Shown: one piece after another, positions 13,413 to 26,330 of the stretch
Position numbering within the stretch: position 1 is the stretch's first letter
Layout: every line of letters starts with the position of its first letter
Assembly: GCF_018350175.1 (NCBI RefSeq)
Contig: NC_058368.1
Span: forward strand, 134,666,001 to 134,730,000
Length of the DNA stretch: 64,000 bases
Source: Felis catus
Lineage: Eukaryota
Direction of reading: 5' to 3'
Position numbers and translations under genes: made by a program
The notes under the pieces: generated by a model
Database searches by the model: none
What the model was told of the DNA's origin: nothing
The model's input: only the letters and a program-made list of their open reading frames with translations

Positions 13413-15090
13413 ACTGCAAGGTTTACCAAACATCGCTGCAGTGTCTTGCAATTTAGGCAGCAAATCATGAGATGCTCTTCCCATAATGACAAAATTTTAT
13501 GCCAGGTTCACCAAAAACAGCTTTTTTAAACCTTCTCTGGAGGTCCATGTAACACTTCAACCTCAAATTCGAGGGATTCTTTTAATGGTTGGGCATTTCC
13601 AGCTGGTGGTCTTTCTGGAGAGCATACTAGACTGTCCCAATGTCTGTCTTTCAGTCCTCCTCAACTGGAAGACATTCAAGTCTGCACCTGAACACCTTCC
13701 TTCCGTGATGTGTTGAATGTCCTCATTTCTCTTCCTTCCTTCTCCTTTCCCTCCAAAATGTGGGGGGGGGGGGGCAGGTGGGTGGCAAGTACAAACCTTT
13801 AACCCCATAGTCTTATGGAACAATTTTAAGTGATTTAGACCCCTAACCCAGCTATTTAAGAGTTGAATTCTACAATTGTGAGATCTGCGTGCAAAAACAT
13901 GCATTAAATTAAATTCAGAGTGACAACAGAAAGGGCACAAATATCTTTATAGGAAAAGTTTGTTGGTTTGGGAAGTGATGAAGGAGGGTAGGATTGCTCA
14001 AGGTCATTTTCAATAGGTCCCGTTTGGGCAACAGAAATTTAATAATAAATTTGGTATTGCAAGAGCAGTAAAGATACACACAGTTTTCATCAAGCACTCT
14101 GGCTCAAGCACTGTACACATTTTCTAATGTCATTTGTCAAAGTCCTTAAAGCTGATGCTGTTGACAACAGCAGAAGGGCCTGTGAGTCACAGCCCGGGCC
14201 TGCAGCTGAATGCCATGTACAAGCTCCATTGACCTAATTGGACTGAAATTCAGAGGCTGCACATTGACTTCTGAAGCAAGTCCATTGGTTGTCCTTCTGG
14301 AGTCGACCCTCAGTTCACAAAGATATGAATTTGGACTAACTCCCATGCCCTTCATTTCTTCGAGTTCACTCAAGCGAAGACATTTTTTAAAATGGTCGTG
14401 AACAATGGCCATTGAGTAGCATCCTGAGATCAGCTGGACGACCTCAGGGGCTCTTCTCTGAAGTCCTCTTCTGTGTTACTCATTCTTCCTCTCCAGTCAA
14501 CCAAACATCAGTTTCTCAAGCCCCGTGAGGATCTTTAGGTTGATACCTAATAGTTTGCCATGTTGGTATCCTGCAGATGGTTACAGGATGGACGACAGGG
14601 ATACATTTATTCCCCAAGTGGAATTTCTTTTAATACGAGGTGAAAACAGCCACACGCTGAAGAAGGCTGCAAAAAATGACATATTGGGTTACGCCATACT
14701 CCAGGAGGTATTTTATACTCAGAGCTTGTTGTTCAGCACCCATAATGAGATGAGGACTATTCTCAGAGAAAAATGAAAACTTGTCACTATCCAAAGCTTC
14801 ATCTACTTAAAAAAGAGTATAGTCTATACATAAGGAGCTCACTTACGGTATAATGGTTACAACCGTACATTTATTTTTCTACCTGATTCTCTAGCAGTTT
14901 CATAAATCTATATAAATGGTAAGATCTTCAGATTTCAGGTTAAGATATATTTATTTACATGTAAAATACCTTTTCCCCCCACATGGTATCATGTTCACAA
15001 TAAATGCTGTAAAAAAGAGCCTATGTTATTTCTAGTTGCATTCAATTTGCCTAAAAGTTTTAAACTAACAGATTTTTAAAAAAAAACAAC

Positions 15091-15290
15091 TTTTTTTTAA
15101 TGTTTATTTATTTTTGAAGGTGAGAGAGACAGTGTGTGAGCAGGGGAGGAGCAGAGAGAGAGGGCAACACAGAATCCAAAGCAGGCTCCAGGCTCTAAGC
15201 TGTCAGCACAGAGCCTGATGCGGGGCTTGAACTCAGGAACCGTGAGATCATGACCTGAGCCTTAACTGACTGAGCTATCCAAGCACCCCC
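15091..15290 (-). mobile_element. Can-SINE with short internal deletion
   Basis: SINE consensus on the minus strand; TSD aaactaacaga. Confidence 0.92.
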
Positions 15291-15376
15291 AAACTAACAG
15301 AGATTTAAAATAAACTTGGACCAGAAGGGTTTGTTACCTTTATTAAACCATGGTTTTAGTAGAAATGGCTAAATCT

Positions 15377-15610
15377 GGGGGTGCCTGGGTGGCTCAGTCG
15401 GTTGAGTGTCCGACTTCGGCTCAGGTCATGATCTCACAGCTTGTGAGTTCAAGCCCGGCATCGGGCTCTGTGCTGACATGACAGCTGGGAGCTTGGAGCC
15501 TGCTTTGGATTCTGTGTCTCCCTCTCTCTCGGCCCCTAACCCACTCACATTCTGTCTCTGTCTCTCTCAAAAATAAATAAACATTAAAAAAAAAAAAAAA
15601 AGAAAAGAAA
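15377..15610 (+). mobile_element. Can-SINE (SINEC_Fc)
   Basis: Head, CT tract, poly(A); TSD agaaa(t/c)ggctaaatctgg. Confidence 0.95.
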
Positions 15611-15689
15611 AGAAACGGCTAAATCTGGATGTTGGACTGTTTTGCAGAGATATAACCCATGATAGGACACACTGCCAGCTGAAGGTGCT

Positions 15690-15765
15690 CCACATAATGA
15701 CCTGACTTCATGTATTGTGAACTGATTACCACAATCAGTTCAGTTAACATCTAGCATCTCACATA

Positions 15766-15809
<44 letters not shown>

Positions 15810-15855
15810 ATTTTTTTTCCTTGTGATGCAAACTCTTAGGATCTACTCTCCTAAC
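15690..15855 (-). mobile_element. L1 3' end fragment containing (CA)n microsatellite
   Basis: 'tgattaccacaatcagttcagttaacatc...catctcacatag...ttttttccttgtgatg..aactcttaggatctactctc' matches an L1 3' UTR in reverse; (CA)n at ~15768-15807. Confidence 0.7.
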
Positions 15856-15980
15856 GCCCAGCAAATTTTTGACCTCGGAATGTTTGAGTCCATGTGTCTT
15901 GGTTATTATTTGGGAACCTTTTGTATTCCCTTTCCCAGAATTTAGAAGTACCCTTGCAGTCGTTAAAAGTTTGCTACCTT

Positions 15981-16133
15981 GGGGCGCCTGGGCGGCTCAG
16001 TAGGTTAAGCTTGATTTCGGCTCAGGTCATAATCTCACGGTTTATGAGATTGAGCCCCTGAGTCAGGCTCTGTGCTGACAGTGAGGATCCTGCTTAAGAT
16101 TCTCTCTCCCCATCTCTCTCTGCCCCTCCCCTA

Positions 16134-16184
<51 letters not shown>

Positions 16185-16228
16185 CCCCCCCTCAAAATAA
16201 ATGAAAAAACTGAAAAAAAAAATAGAAA
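15981..16228 (+). mobile_element. Can-SINE
   Basis: GGGGCGCCTGGGCGGCTCAG head, long (CT)n, A-rich tail. Confidence 0.93.
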
Positions 16229-17387
16229 AGTGTGTTACCCCATCATATGCACAGAGGTGAAAGGTGTACATTTCACCTGCTTCCCACAGTTCCCCAGCTA
16301 CGACAAGGGAACACGTACAGTGGTGAGCAGCCTACAGAGCTGTCCTGTTCTTTTCAGGAACGCTGACTTTCCCTCTAGTCTCCATTTTCTGGCTGTACTT
16401 CCATTTTACTTTTCAACTGTCCCCAGGTACCAATTTTTTTTTTTTTCCTATTTGTGATCATCGTGAAACTGCGAATCGAGGTCCTTTTTTTTTTTCTTTC
16501 TCAACCTTTTGTAAGAAGTGGGTCAAAATGAAAAGTGTCGGGAGTTCCAAATTTCTGATTTTTAACTTATCCAGTGGTATATCAGGTACTTGTCATGGCA
16601 CCGACAAGTTTCCCCTGAGGCTTCCTGATAGTCCTGTCCCTGTGCGTGGCGTCGCTCCCTCACGTGGCTGGCATTCTCGGGTTAATGCGAAACCCCATCT
16701 GTCTAACAGCGCTAGACAGGGAGGTAGTGTGAGTGAGCACGTGTTTATCCTTACACATTCCTCTCTGGTGATCTTCCCTTCAAAAGACAGTTGAACAAGA
16801 AGTTTCCAGATATGATTTAACAGAACCAAATATTTGGATTTTTTTTTTAAACGAATACTAAAATTCTGACTCAATATGGTACCACAAGCCAAGATGACGG
16901 AAGGTGACAAGTATGATGACAAGTCATGGTACAGACAAGTGAATAAGATTTCTTTTCACAAAAGAACGTTCAAACCACGGGCACAATTCGGAAACATCCC
17001 CATGAATTAAGGAGTGAAACTCTGTTTTTTTTTTTTTTAATCGAGTTACAGATCCGTGCAGCCGTTTAGTCTCCAGAAATTTCAGTCGACTACCCAGATG
17101 GATTTATAACAAACCCTAACGGGGGTAACTTTACATGGAACAGAAGACTCTACCGACGGATTCATCAACCTCTTGCAGACTGCACATTAAAAAAGAAACA
17201 AATCAAACGCTGCATTTTCCTCGCAGATGTTAAGCAAAACATATTCCGTCTTACTCCTATAATTACAGCATTAGGAGAGTTTTACCAACATCAAAGTAAA
17301 TAAAAGCATACCAAATGAAAGCTGATGAAAAACTAAGAGGCTGGATAATAATTTTTTTTTTAAATCTCACAGCCATAGAACCTCTTA

Positions 17388-17599
17388 TTTTTTTTTCTTT
17401 AACATTTATTTATTTTTGAGACAGAGACAGAGCATGAATGGGGGAGGGTCAGAGAGAGAGGAAGACACAGAATCTGAAACAAGCTTCAGGCTCTGAGCGG
17501 TCAGCACAGACCCCGACGCGGGGCTCGAACTCATGAACTGCGAGATCATGACCTGAGCTGAAGTCGGACGCTTAACCGACTGAGCCACCCAGGCACCCC
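17388..17599 (-). mobile_element. Can-SINE (SINEC_Fc)
   Basis: SINE consensus on the minus strand; TSD gaacctcttatt. Confidence 0.95.
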
Positions 17600-19521
17600 G
17601 AACCTCTTATTGATTTCAATCGTATATTCATTCCTTCCAAAAGGAGAGGGCCGAAGTTCAAATAAAAATACAGCTCTGGTAGAGACCTCAGCTATGTTCT
17701 GACCACGTGCTATCTGACTAACTTCCTCTCCAGCATCTGCAGTCGATTTTTTTTTTTTAATCAAATGTTATCATCGGCATAGTCATCATTGTTGTTTTAG
17801 CCAACCTTCATTTGAGCTCTTATAGTACCGGAAAAAAAAAAATCAGCAGGGATGACCCAAATCTGGGATATTCAAAGCAAATATTGTACACTGGCCTTCA
17901 CGAGTGTCGTGCTGAGTACAAATAGCAAATTTGCACAAGTGATTTCCTATCAGTGACACTTCTAGAGGGCCTCGTGGAAACAAATGAGGGTCAGAGAGGA
18001 CTACTCTCCACAGATTTATTAGCAAATGTCCCTTTTCTTCATCTCCTGATGCCCATAAGACTTTGCCACACTAAGTTGATAGTACTGCTTGCAAACCGAC
18101 CGAGGCTAGACGTCCCTTGTGCTGTCTCAGTCTCCAAACAGCGGCCAATCAGCACGCCTTCACATCCCTGCTCAGGACTCTCGGTAGGATGGAATGATAG
18201 AGCAGCGGTAAATCAAAGCTATAACTACTTCAGCTCCCGCCAGTCTGTCTCCACTCAAAGCGTCCATTTAGCCGGGAAGCACAGCAAAATTTATAGCCTG
18301 GACTTTTATTGTGTGGTGTTTTTAACACTGCGAGGAACCCTATACTCATGCCTGAAACCCTTTAAGAAGGGCAGACCCTCAATTTGTTTTAACCTATAGG
18401 CAAGTTCAGCCTAGGCTGCAGTAGGCCTGAAATTAATCAGTCTGACATTCACAAATCTCCTTAACTATTACTTTGCATTTCACTTCAGAAGATGCCACAG
18501 GTAAAAAAAAAAAAATGATTGTTGAGAGCAATAATTCCATTTTTTATTCATTTCCTTTTTGCACAACAGATTTGTCAAGAATTTCAGATGACGTATGTTG
18601 TCTGGGAAATACTTTTAGAATGTCAATATGGAATGTTTCTCTCTCTCTCTCTCTCTCTTTAATTTTCTAGGTGTTTTTTGAAGAGGCTGATGAGGAGATC
18701 TATGAAAAAACGATCTTCTCTTTATTCATACTCTCAGAAGTCCTGCTCTGGTACACCATAAAAAATGGCAATGCTCCCCCCCCCCACAACCCCCAAACAC
18801 CCATAATATCATAATATCATAAACCACTTTCCTGATTTATTTTTTCTCCCTGGCAATTATCACTATTCGACACACTATACATCATACACAATGTTTATGT
18901 ATTCCATGCATTTATCTTGCTGTGGTGTGCCTTACTCTGTGGAATGTAAGCTGAATGAGGACTGGGAATTTTGTGTATTTTGTTTGCTGCTATATCTCTA
19001 GCACCTACAGCAGGACCCAGCATTAGTACGTGCTCAGTAATTACTTGCTGAATGACTACCTTGCCATCATCATACGTTATTGATGTCAGGCAATGATTAC
19101 CCTATTTCATTTCTTTACTCTTAACAGATTTCCATCCCAGGATCCTTTCCTAAAGCCAGATCTTTGTTCATCATCCCCGCTCCCATCCCATCCATCAGAT
19201 CTCACCTAATCTAGTCCTGGTAGCTAATCTGATAAACTAACACTGGGGAATAATAGTAGTTGAATGTGTTAACCAGTCACATACAATAAACGATCACTTT
19301 GTGATTTGAAACCCAAACCTCCAGCAGTGACTGTTGAGGCGAATCAAGGTCCGAGTGTTCTAATGTATCTTCAACCTACCCCACCATTAAAACATTGGGG
19401 GCAGGGGGAGGTTGGGAGGGGGAAGCAATCAGAAGCTTCCAGTTCAATCCACAAAGGTTGTCAAGCTGACAATGGGGCCAGTTATATATAGGGCACAGTT
19501 GGAGGGTGGTATTATACTGCC

Positions 19522-19726
19522 TAGAGGTCAGTACAACTTCTTCTCTAAGGGACCAGATAGCAACTGTTTTAGGCCTTAGGGACTCTACTCACTTCTGCTA
19601 TTGTAGTATGAATGTAGGGGAATATAACAATAGAATCCTGGTTGTGTTCCAGTAACACTTTATTCGCATAAACAGGCTGTGGGTCAGGTTTCATCCATGG
19701 GCCATGGTTTGTTGACCTCTGCTCTA
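19522..19726. mobile_element. MER58A-like hAT-Charlie MITE
   Basis: Terminal inverted repeats agaggtca.../...tgacctct and internal 'aagggaccagatag...ttttaggc' and 'tgtgttccagtaacactttatt'. Confidence 0.75.
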
Positions 19727-19939
19727 GACCCAGGGAAAATGTGAAGCAATCCCAAATCCTTGTCTCTAGGTTCTTACCATCTAATAGCGTTCTGTTGCTT
19801 GATTCGTGCATTGAAATGTATCCAGTAATCAAGTGTATCTGCATATCTAATGGTTATTTTTTATAAAAAGGAAAAGAATGATGAGGCCCATTGCTTGATA
19901 AAAAGTAAATTGTCGTTCCTTCTCTTTTTATGTGTTCAC

Positions 19940-20380
19940 CCGCCCACTCCACTCCCTGGCCTCTACCCCACCTCCCGCCCCACCCAATGACAGCCCTGGA
20001 GGTTCTCTGTTCAGACCTCCCTTCAGGGGCTACTGCACTTGAGGGAGCACTGTTGGGTGACAGCCCCAGGAACATTGTCTTCAGGATCTGCTAGCCTTAT
20101 TCTGAGGTCATGGTCTTCCTGGGCAGCTGTCAGCCAATGACTGAGTACCGAGGGAACTAGGACCTGGCCATTTCGCCCTACAAGAGGACTCCTCTCACAG
20201 GCACTTCTGTTCTGAAAATCTCCATTGGGTTGGCCAAGCTTTGTCAAGTCCGATCTGCAGCCTGAGCAGCTCCCTGCCCAATCCCACCTTCTCCTCCCTT
20301 TCCCTCTCCAAGCGTCAGATCTATATCACATCAGATCTACATCACCATCCTAAAGTTTCCCTGCCCACGCCTGTTCCTTC
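19940..20380. mobile_element. LTR16-like ERVL solo LTR
   Basis: 'cagccaatgactgagtac..gggaactaggacctggccatttc...ggactcctct...ctccattgggttggcc..ctttgtc...ctccctgcccaatcc' resembles the recalled LTR16 consensus. Confidence 0.65.
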
Positions 20381-23300
20381 TCTCCTTATCTTTCAGACCT
20401 TATCTACCCACCCCCTAGATAAAACCACTACACTCCCAGTTCCTCCCACTGTCTGCCTGCCATCCCCACCCTAACCCGCCACCCCATCCTATTGGACTTG
20501 AGATCCTTGACACATTCATGTTACAAACAAAACCCCACAGTGGGTCAATAAATCATTGTGGTAGAAACAAGAAAAGGGAATGTTTCCTGCTTCTCAGGGA
20601 TGCCTTAATATGGTTTTGAACATTTAAACTTACTCTTCCCCAAATTTTCTCAAATTATTGTTAGGAAATCAGGGGAGTCATCGTAGCACCTGCTCAGGTC
20701 ATCTCATGCGAAGAGAGGGTCAGGGCCATGTCCAGAGGCAGCAGTCTGAACATGCCCAAGCAGCAGCTTCTGGCCAGAGACCCTGAGTCTCAGTACTAGG
20801 CTGAGACCCACACAACGAGGACCTCCCAGGGCTAGGAGAGGTGGGACACATAGGACCCAAACCTATTTAGATGAGAGACATCAATTACAAGGAAATTTAG
20901 CTACAACCACTTTGGAGGCCATCTGGAAGCACAGGTGTCAGAGCTCTAGCCGCCTTGGACACCCAACCCCGAGGACATTCAGTCCCCCAGAAAAAGCCCA
21001 GGCTCCCTTCTCCGCACCCTGCAGGCAGAGTGCTTTTCCTTGGAGAGGAGGGAGAGCGTGAAGGCTGTTTTTAGGTGCTCTACTCAGCCTCCAAAAGGGC
21101 CACAGAAAAGCCCATAGCGCCTACAGTGACACTGGCAGCTGGTGCCAGGGGAAGATTTTTTAGTATATATGTCATTGTAACTTATAATATGCCTTCTTGC
21201 AGTCTCGTTGCCAGTATGAAAACAGGAGGAAATAGGACCAAGGAGAGAAGAAAGGGGAGGAGCAGACGGAGGAGAAAGAGAAGGAGAAGGAAACAAAGGA
21301 AACAAAACCAAGTAAAAGGCAAGACTTTTGTTCAAGGTGCTTGTAATTAATCAATCACGGCCATTGAGCATTAACTTCTGTTCTGAGCTCCTGACCACGT
21401 GAGGCTTAGAAGAAGGCCAACAATTCTTCTGATAAGGAGACTCTTTGTGGGCCCTCAGCTCTGGGAACGCATTCATGAGAAATACAGCCAGGTCATTTAA
21501 TCAGCCTGGGACTCCGTCTCCTTATCTCAATAAAAGTGGGGCTTGTACTCCAGGAACACTCTGGTCCCCATTACAGCTACCATTCTGTGATTAAGTAGGA
21601 CTCAAGAGCAAGCCCGTCACCTGGTGTTTGTCAACTCACTCTACCTCCTTGCATTCCTTATAAACCTATGGGAGGATTTAGGGGCCAAGCCTGGACATAG
21701 AGTGTCTTCTTTCCTCCCACATATTACAAGGTGAATGAGACAGACACAGATTAGGGAAGGTAGAAAGGAAGGGAGGGAGGCAAAGAGGGTGGGTTTTCTC
21801 CAGGGGCTTTGTTCTTGGATGATCAGCTGGGCAGTGGCTCTCTCACTGTGTCCGAGAGTTCGGGAAGAAGAGTATGTTGCAGGTGCAAGGGGAAGGGGGT
21901 CAATCCTGGGTCTGTTGAGACTCAGCTACATGCAGGACATATAGACAGAGACTACAGGTGGATTTCTAGAGGCGCTCTTTTTTCAAACAGAAAAATCTAT
22001 GCCCAGGGACGTTATGTGAACCAGTCACGGAAGAGTCAAGGCCCAGATGTGCTAATTCGTAGTTAAATGCTCTCTCCACTGTACCTCTGCCTTCGAAACT
22101 TGCAGCACTACCAAGAGAGAGTCTCTCCACTCACCTGCTAGTAAATCACTCATTAGTTTCTGTGGTTATTCATTTAAACATGTGGAGAGGGTAAGCCTCT
22201 GGAAACTTCCTCAGAAAGTAAAAAGTCATTTTAGATTGTGGGCACTAAACTAATTTTTAATTGATTTAGACTAACATTCAATAACCTGATAGACAGATGT
22301 ATTCCATTTTTAGTTCAAAGTACCCAGAGACAATTTACTTAGAAATTGCTTGTTTCCAGTTTCTCAACATCGGAATTTATCGAAAATATCCTCAGCATGA
22401 CTCACCTGACAATTTCAAGAAGGTGTGGTAATAAAAAATGTTATTATAGTGTTTCCCAAATAGCCTCCCTTTCTCTGTCCCTAATTCAAACCCAAGTGTG
22501 AAACACACACAGACAGAAGACCTCCTCCCAAAGAGGTGTCCCCTCATCTCAGGAAAAGGACATTTAGGGTGCTGTCACGGGTGACTTTATGGGAATTCAT
22601 TGATCCTCGGATTTTCCCCATGGTAAAGGAAGAGGCAGCAAATGTTATAAGAAAAGTCACATTTTCCAACGTTTTTCCAGCACGTCTCACACAGTAACCA
22701 TCCCTATAAAATGGATTTCTCCCTAAACTCCTCAGAGAGCTGTGCCCGATGTACGAACTTTCAAAGCAGCTGCCTAAGAACTAAAAGCGTGATTTTCTTT
22801 TCCAGTCCACGTTTGCCAGGGCTAGCTGTGAGAGAATGCCTCATGACACGGTTAAATAACAGCCGAAATCGTAACAGGTACACTTGCAAGAATTTCTCAA
22901 CCTATCTTGCAAAAGGCTAGATTTTCAGTACATTCGCTCCATCCTTTCTTTGTTTGTTTGTTGTTTAAGGGCTCTTTCTGGGGAACCCTCTAGTGAAACT
23001 GAAGCATTTTGACCTTCAACAAGGATTACAAACTTGAGGGGAAAAGAAACTTCCCAACCCTTTGCTGAGAAGAGCCTGAAGAAGCTGCTGGAGGAGTTCA
23101 CACTCCGAGTAAAACGTATTAGCAAATACTGAACATAATTTGTTGTATGTGAACCTCAGTAAAAAAAAAAAAAAAAAAAAAAGACAGCATAATATTTACA
23201 CAGCTCTTTCCACACCATGAATTCCAAACATGACCTCCCGTTTTCAGCAGGCAACCTCAGATTCACTGACTCATCCTTTCCCTACCAGGGCAAGTTCTCG

Positions 23301-23449
23301 CCGAGTCACGCTCTGTCAGCTTCCTCCGCGACATCCCCAAGCGAGTCGTGTCTCTTTCCACTTCTGACACTCTTGCTGGGATTCAGTCTCCTCCTTTTTC
23401 TTGTCTGATGTTCCCAGAGATGGCCAGGGGGTTGAGAGTCCTTTCTGGC

Positions 23450-24050
23450 GGGCCTAGAATTCAATAAATTGCTTTGCAAGTGTTCCTAGAGACCATGTCC
23501 ATACTCTCCATCAATCGAGTGAGTTCCCCCCAAGGTCCCTTTAAAGTCATTTCCCTTAAGTGCCACCAGTCTGAATCCCTACAGTCTGCATTGGTCCCAC
23601 TTTTATTTTTCCTACTACATGAGCTGGAGAACTTCTGGTGCCCAGTTTCGTATAATCTCCCTTTGCACTAGAGTCAGTAGAAATAAATTCTCATTCCCTC
23701 ATGTTATCTCCTGAAGCAAAAGAAGTCTGGTGTCTGCAGTCCTTTTTCGTAGTCTTATTCGAGGCCATTTTCTACTGTCTTCATCAAGTTCTGCTTTCCC
23801 TCCTCCCTTGAATCGGGGAGCTGCTGCCTGAAAAGCCCAGCGCTGTGTGGAGGGTCTGACCGTTATTCACATGCTGGAGATGTCTGCTTCATTTATTTAT
23901 GCGCCAGCCTTGAGCTGGCCTTTCAAAAACCACTTTTGGTTTCCTGACTCATGTTTAATTTTGATACCCAGTTCCTTTAACGCATACAAAACCAACATTA
24001 CTCATGGGCAGTTGCTTTTTCTCTGTCTTCTTTGGCCACCCGAACCTGCC
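23450..24050 (-). mobile_element. CR1/L3 LINE ORF2 C-terminal fossil
   Basis: Minus strand reads in pieces KELG..KLNMSQ, VRP, APRFK and YEKGLQ..FF, paralleling the CR1 EKDLGV/KLNMSQ/RPQLEY/APHF/YEERL order. Confidence 0.6.
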
Positions 24051-24291
24051 CCCACTCGTCTGACTTCGTCCCAACAATCTGGCAAATGGGGTTTGAGATC
24101 TAACGCTACCTTTCCCTGTGGCTTTTCCTTAATGGTAGGAAATGAGTCTGGCTCTGGGGAAACTCTGCCCATAAAGTCCCCACAATTGTCAAGCTTTTCT
24201 TTGTATCATCCGTATCCATCGGCTACCAATAGTGTCTGCTTCCCCACACTTTGCTCAACGGAATTTAGAGAAATATATAAGCTTTAAAATC

Positions 24292-25430
24292 AACACCAGG
24301 TTATCAAACTTTAGGTATCGACATCTTGTAAAGGGGAAAAAAATTCTTAAGACAAACGTGTTAACCTAAATTATTTTACTGAAATTTTACTTAAATATCT
24401 ACAAGCATAAATACAGGTATAAACTTCTAATATCCGTAGCTTTTATAAAACTATCAAGTCAAAATAAAATTATGAATTCAGTATAAACCAAAAATGCATA
24501 AAATTCAAATAATATAATTTAATGTAGGCTATGAGGTTGCTTTGTTGGGATGAAATCCTCTTGCTCAACGTGAAAAGGGTACCTACTGCTATGGCAAAGG
24601 TTCTTTTACGTTTCCTACGTGTATAATATTATCTGTGACGTTATGATTCCACTTTCCCAAGATATTGTTAAGTCCAAATTTCTGCAAAGCCTGTATTTCT
24701 TCAGAACACTATGATGTCTTTTGACCTTCACTTGGCCAGAGCTCATTAATTAGGTTCAACTGACCTGTCTTCTTGTCCACCAGCCTTCTGGGTAATGCTG
24801 CTGCAATGTCATTTCCAGAGGGTCCCATCAAGTTATCAATGCATTCATCCACTTAAGAAATTAAAGTCTTACTTCATTTATTAAGATGTCCTTTAGTTGA
24901 AAATTATTGACGTTAAAGTGCAGTTTTTGTCCAGGCCCCTGGGTGGCTCAGTCAGTGGAGTATCCAGCTTCAGCTCAGGTCATGATCTCACAGTTCGTGG
25001 GTTTGAGCCCTGCATCGGGCTCTCTGCTGTCAGCACAGAGCCTGCTTCAGATCCTCTTTTTCCCTCCTTCTGTCCCTCCCTTTCTTCCGTCCCCGCCTCC
25101 TGCCCTGCTGGTGCGTGCAAAACTGTGCGCACAGCAGCGTGCTGGCTTCCTCTCTCTCTCTCAAAAATAAATAAACAGCTTTTAAAAAGTGAAATTTTGT
25201 CATTAAATTGAGTAAAATAGTTCAACACAAATTCAGGGGTAGACACAGGACATTGATTATCGATTTGAAAATAAAAGAAACCATTATAGGTAGCAAGAGA
25301 AGATTTCCAACATATTAAAAGTTACTTGATATCCTTTTAGAGATCAAAACGTCACCCCAGATGTACACTGGCAAATACAGAAATAAATGCAGGATTTGAA
25401 ATCTGCACACACAGTTTCATCATTCAAATG
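24292..25430 (-). mobile_element. hAT-Charlie-like DNA transposon fossil interrupted by a SINE
   Basis: Minus strand ends in ...KQPHSLH* (Charlie transposase C-terminus KQAHPSH-like) followed by an AT-rich subterminal region. Confidence 0.45.
24934..25175 (+). mobile_element. Can-SINE
   Basis: SINE head and body, with an atypical GC-rich insert before the CT tract and tail. Confidence 0.9.
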
Positions 25431-26117
25431 ATCAAAAATGTGCTTCATTTTTTGCCACTAAAGTGAAGGTATATAATTTAAAGCTTTTCATTAGGAGTTC
25501 ACAACCCAGGAAAATATGACCATAGACTTTGGAAGCAAAAAAATTTAGCTTGGAAAACAACAAAGATGTTGGAGTAGAAAGAAACCTTTGAAAATACATA
25601 TGGAGACTAGATGATCTCAATTAATCCCTCAACTTGCAAGGAGGAAACAGAGACCTGAAGAAGTTAAACTGTTGGTTAGTAACAGATCCAGGTCCCTAGA
25701 TTCCAACTTCATGCCCCTTTCTGCTACATCAGCATTTACCAAGCTGTTTTAAATTTTATGATGCCACCTCCTATCAATAATTTGCACACAGAAAGCCAAC
25801 TGACTCGCAAAAAAAAATTCTCGTAAGCCAACAAACACATCCTATTCTTGACAAAAACCCTACAAAATATTAGCACTTTGATCCACTTCAGTGATTCTTT
25901 AGTGAATATCTATTTAGGAGGACTATATTTATTAATAACCTCTGTATAAACTGACGTTTCATTTCATTTGTCATTAGTTGCTTCTTACCAGTTTCAAAGA
26001 TTGCCTAGAGCTTATAAGTGTGTTCAGATCTCTACCGTCATAAAGGACCTCCTTATTCCTTCCCAAATCATTCCCTCTTATTATTTCAAGTCCATGTTCT
26101 TGAAAAATGGAGAATAT

Positions 26118-26280
26118 GGGTGCCTGGGTGGTTGAGTCGGTTGAGCATCTGACTCTTGATTTCAGCTCATGTCATGATCTCACAGTTTGTGGGATTGAGC
26201 CCTGCATCAGGTTCTGTGCTGACAGTGCAGAGCCTGCTTGGAATTCTCTCTCTCTCTGCCTCTCCCTTGTTTGTGTGCTC

Positions 26281-26323
<43 letters not shown>

Positions 26324-26330
26324 CTTAAAA
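26118..26330 (+). mobile_element. Can-SINE with (TAAA)n tail
   Basis: SINE head; tail expanded as (AAAT)n at 26281-26323. Confidence 0.92.

Noticed and set aside
13563..14776. Cluster of 60-125 aa ORFs in unique sequence
   Set aside because: No recognisable protein similarity or coherent splice structure, and lengths are compatible with chance.
22805..23135. Two exon-like segments (acceptors at ~22805 and ~22968) reading PRLPGLAVRECLMTRLNN.. and ..FAEKSLKKLLEEFTLRVKRISKY
   Set aside because: Only two segments with an internal stop, no recognisable family and no extendable exon chain.
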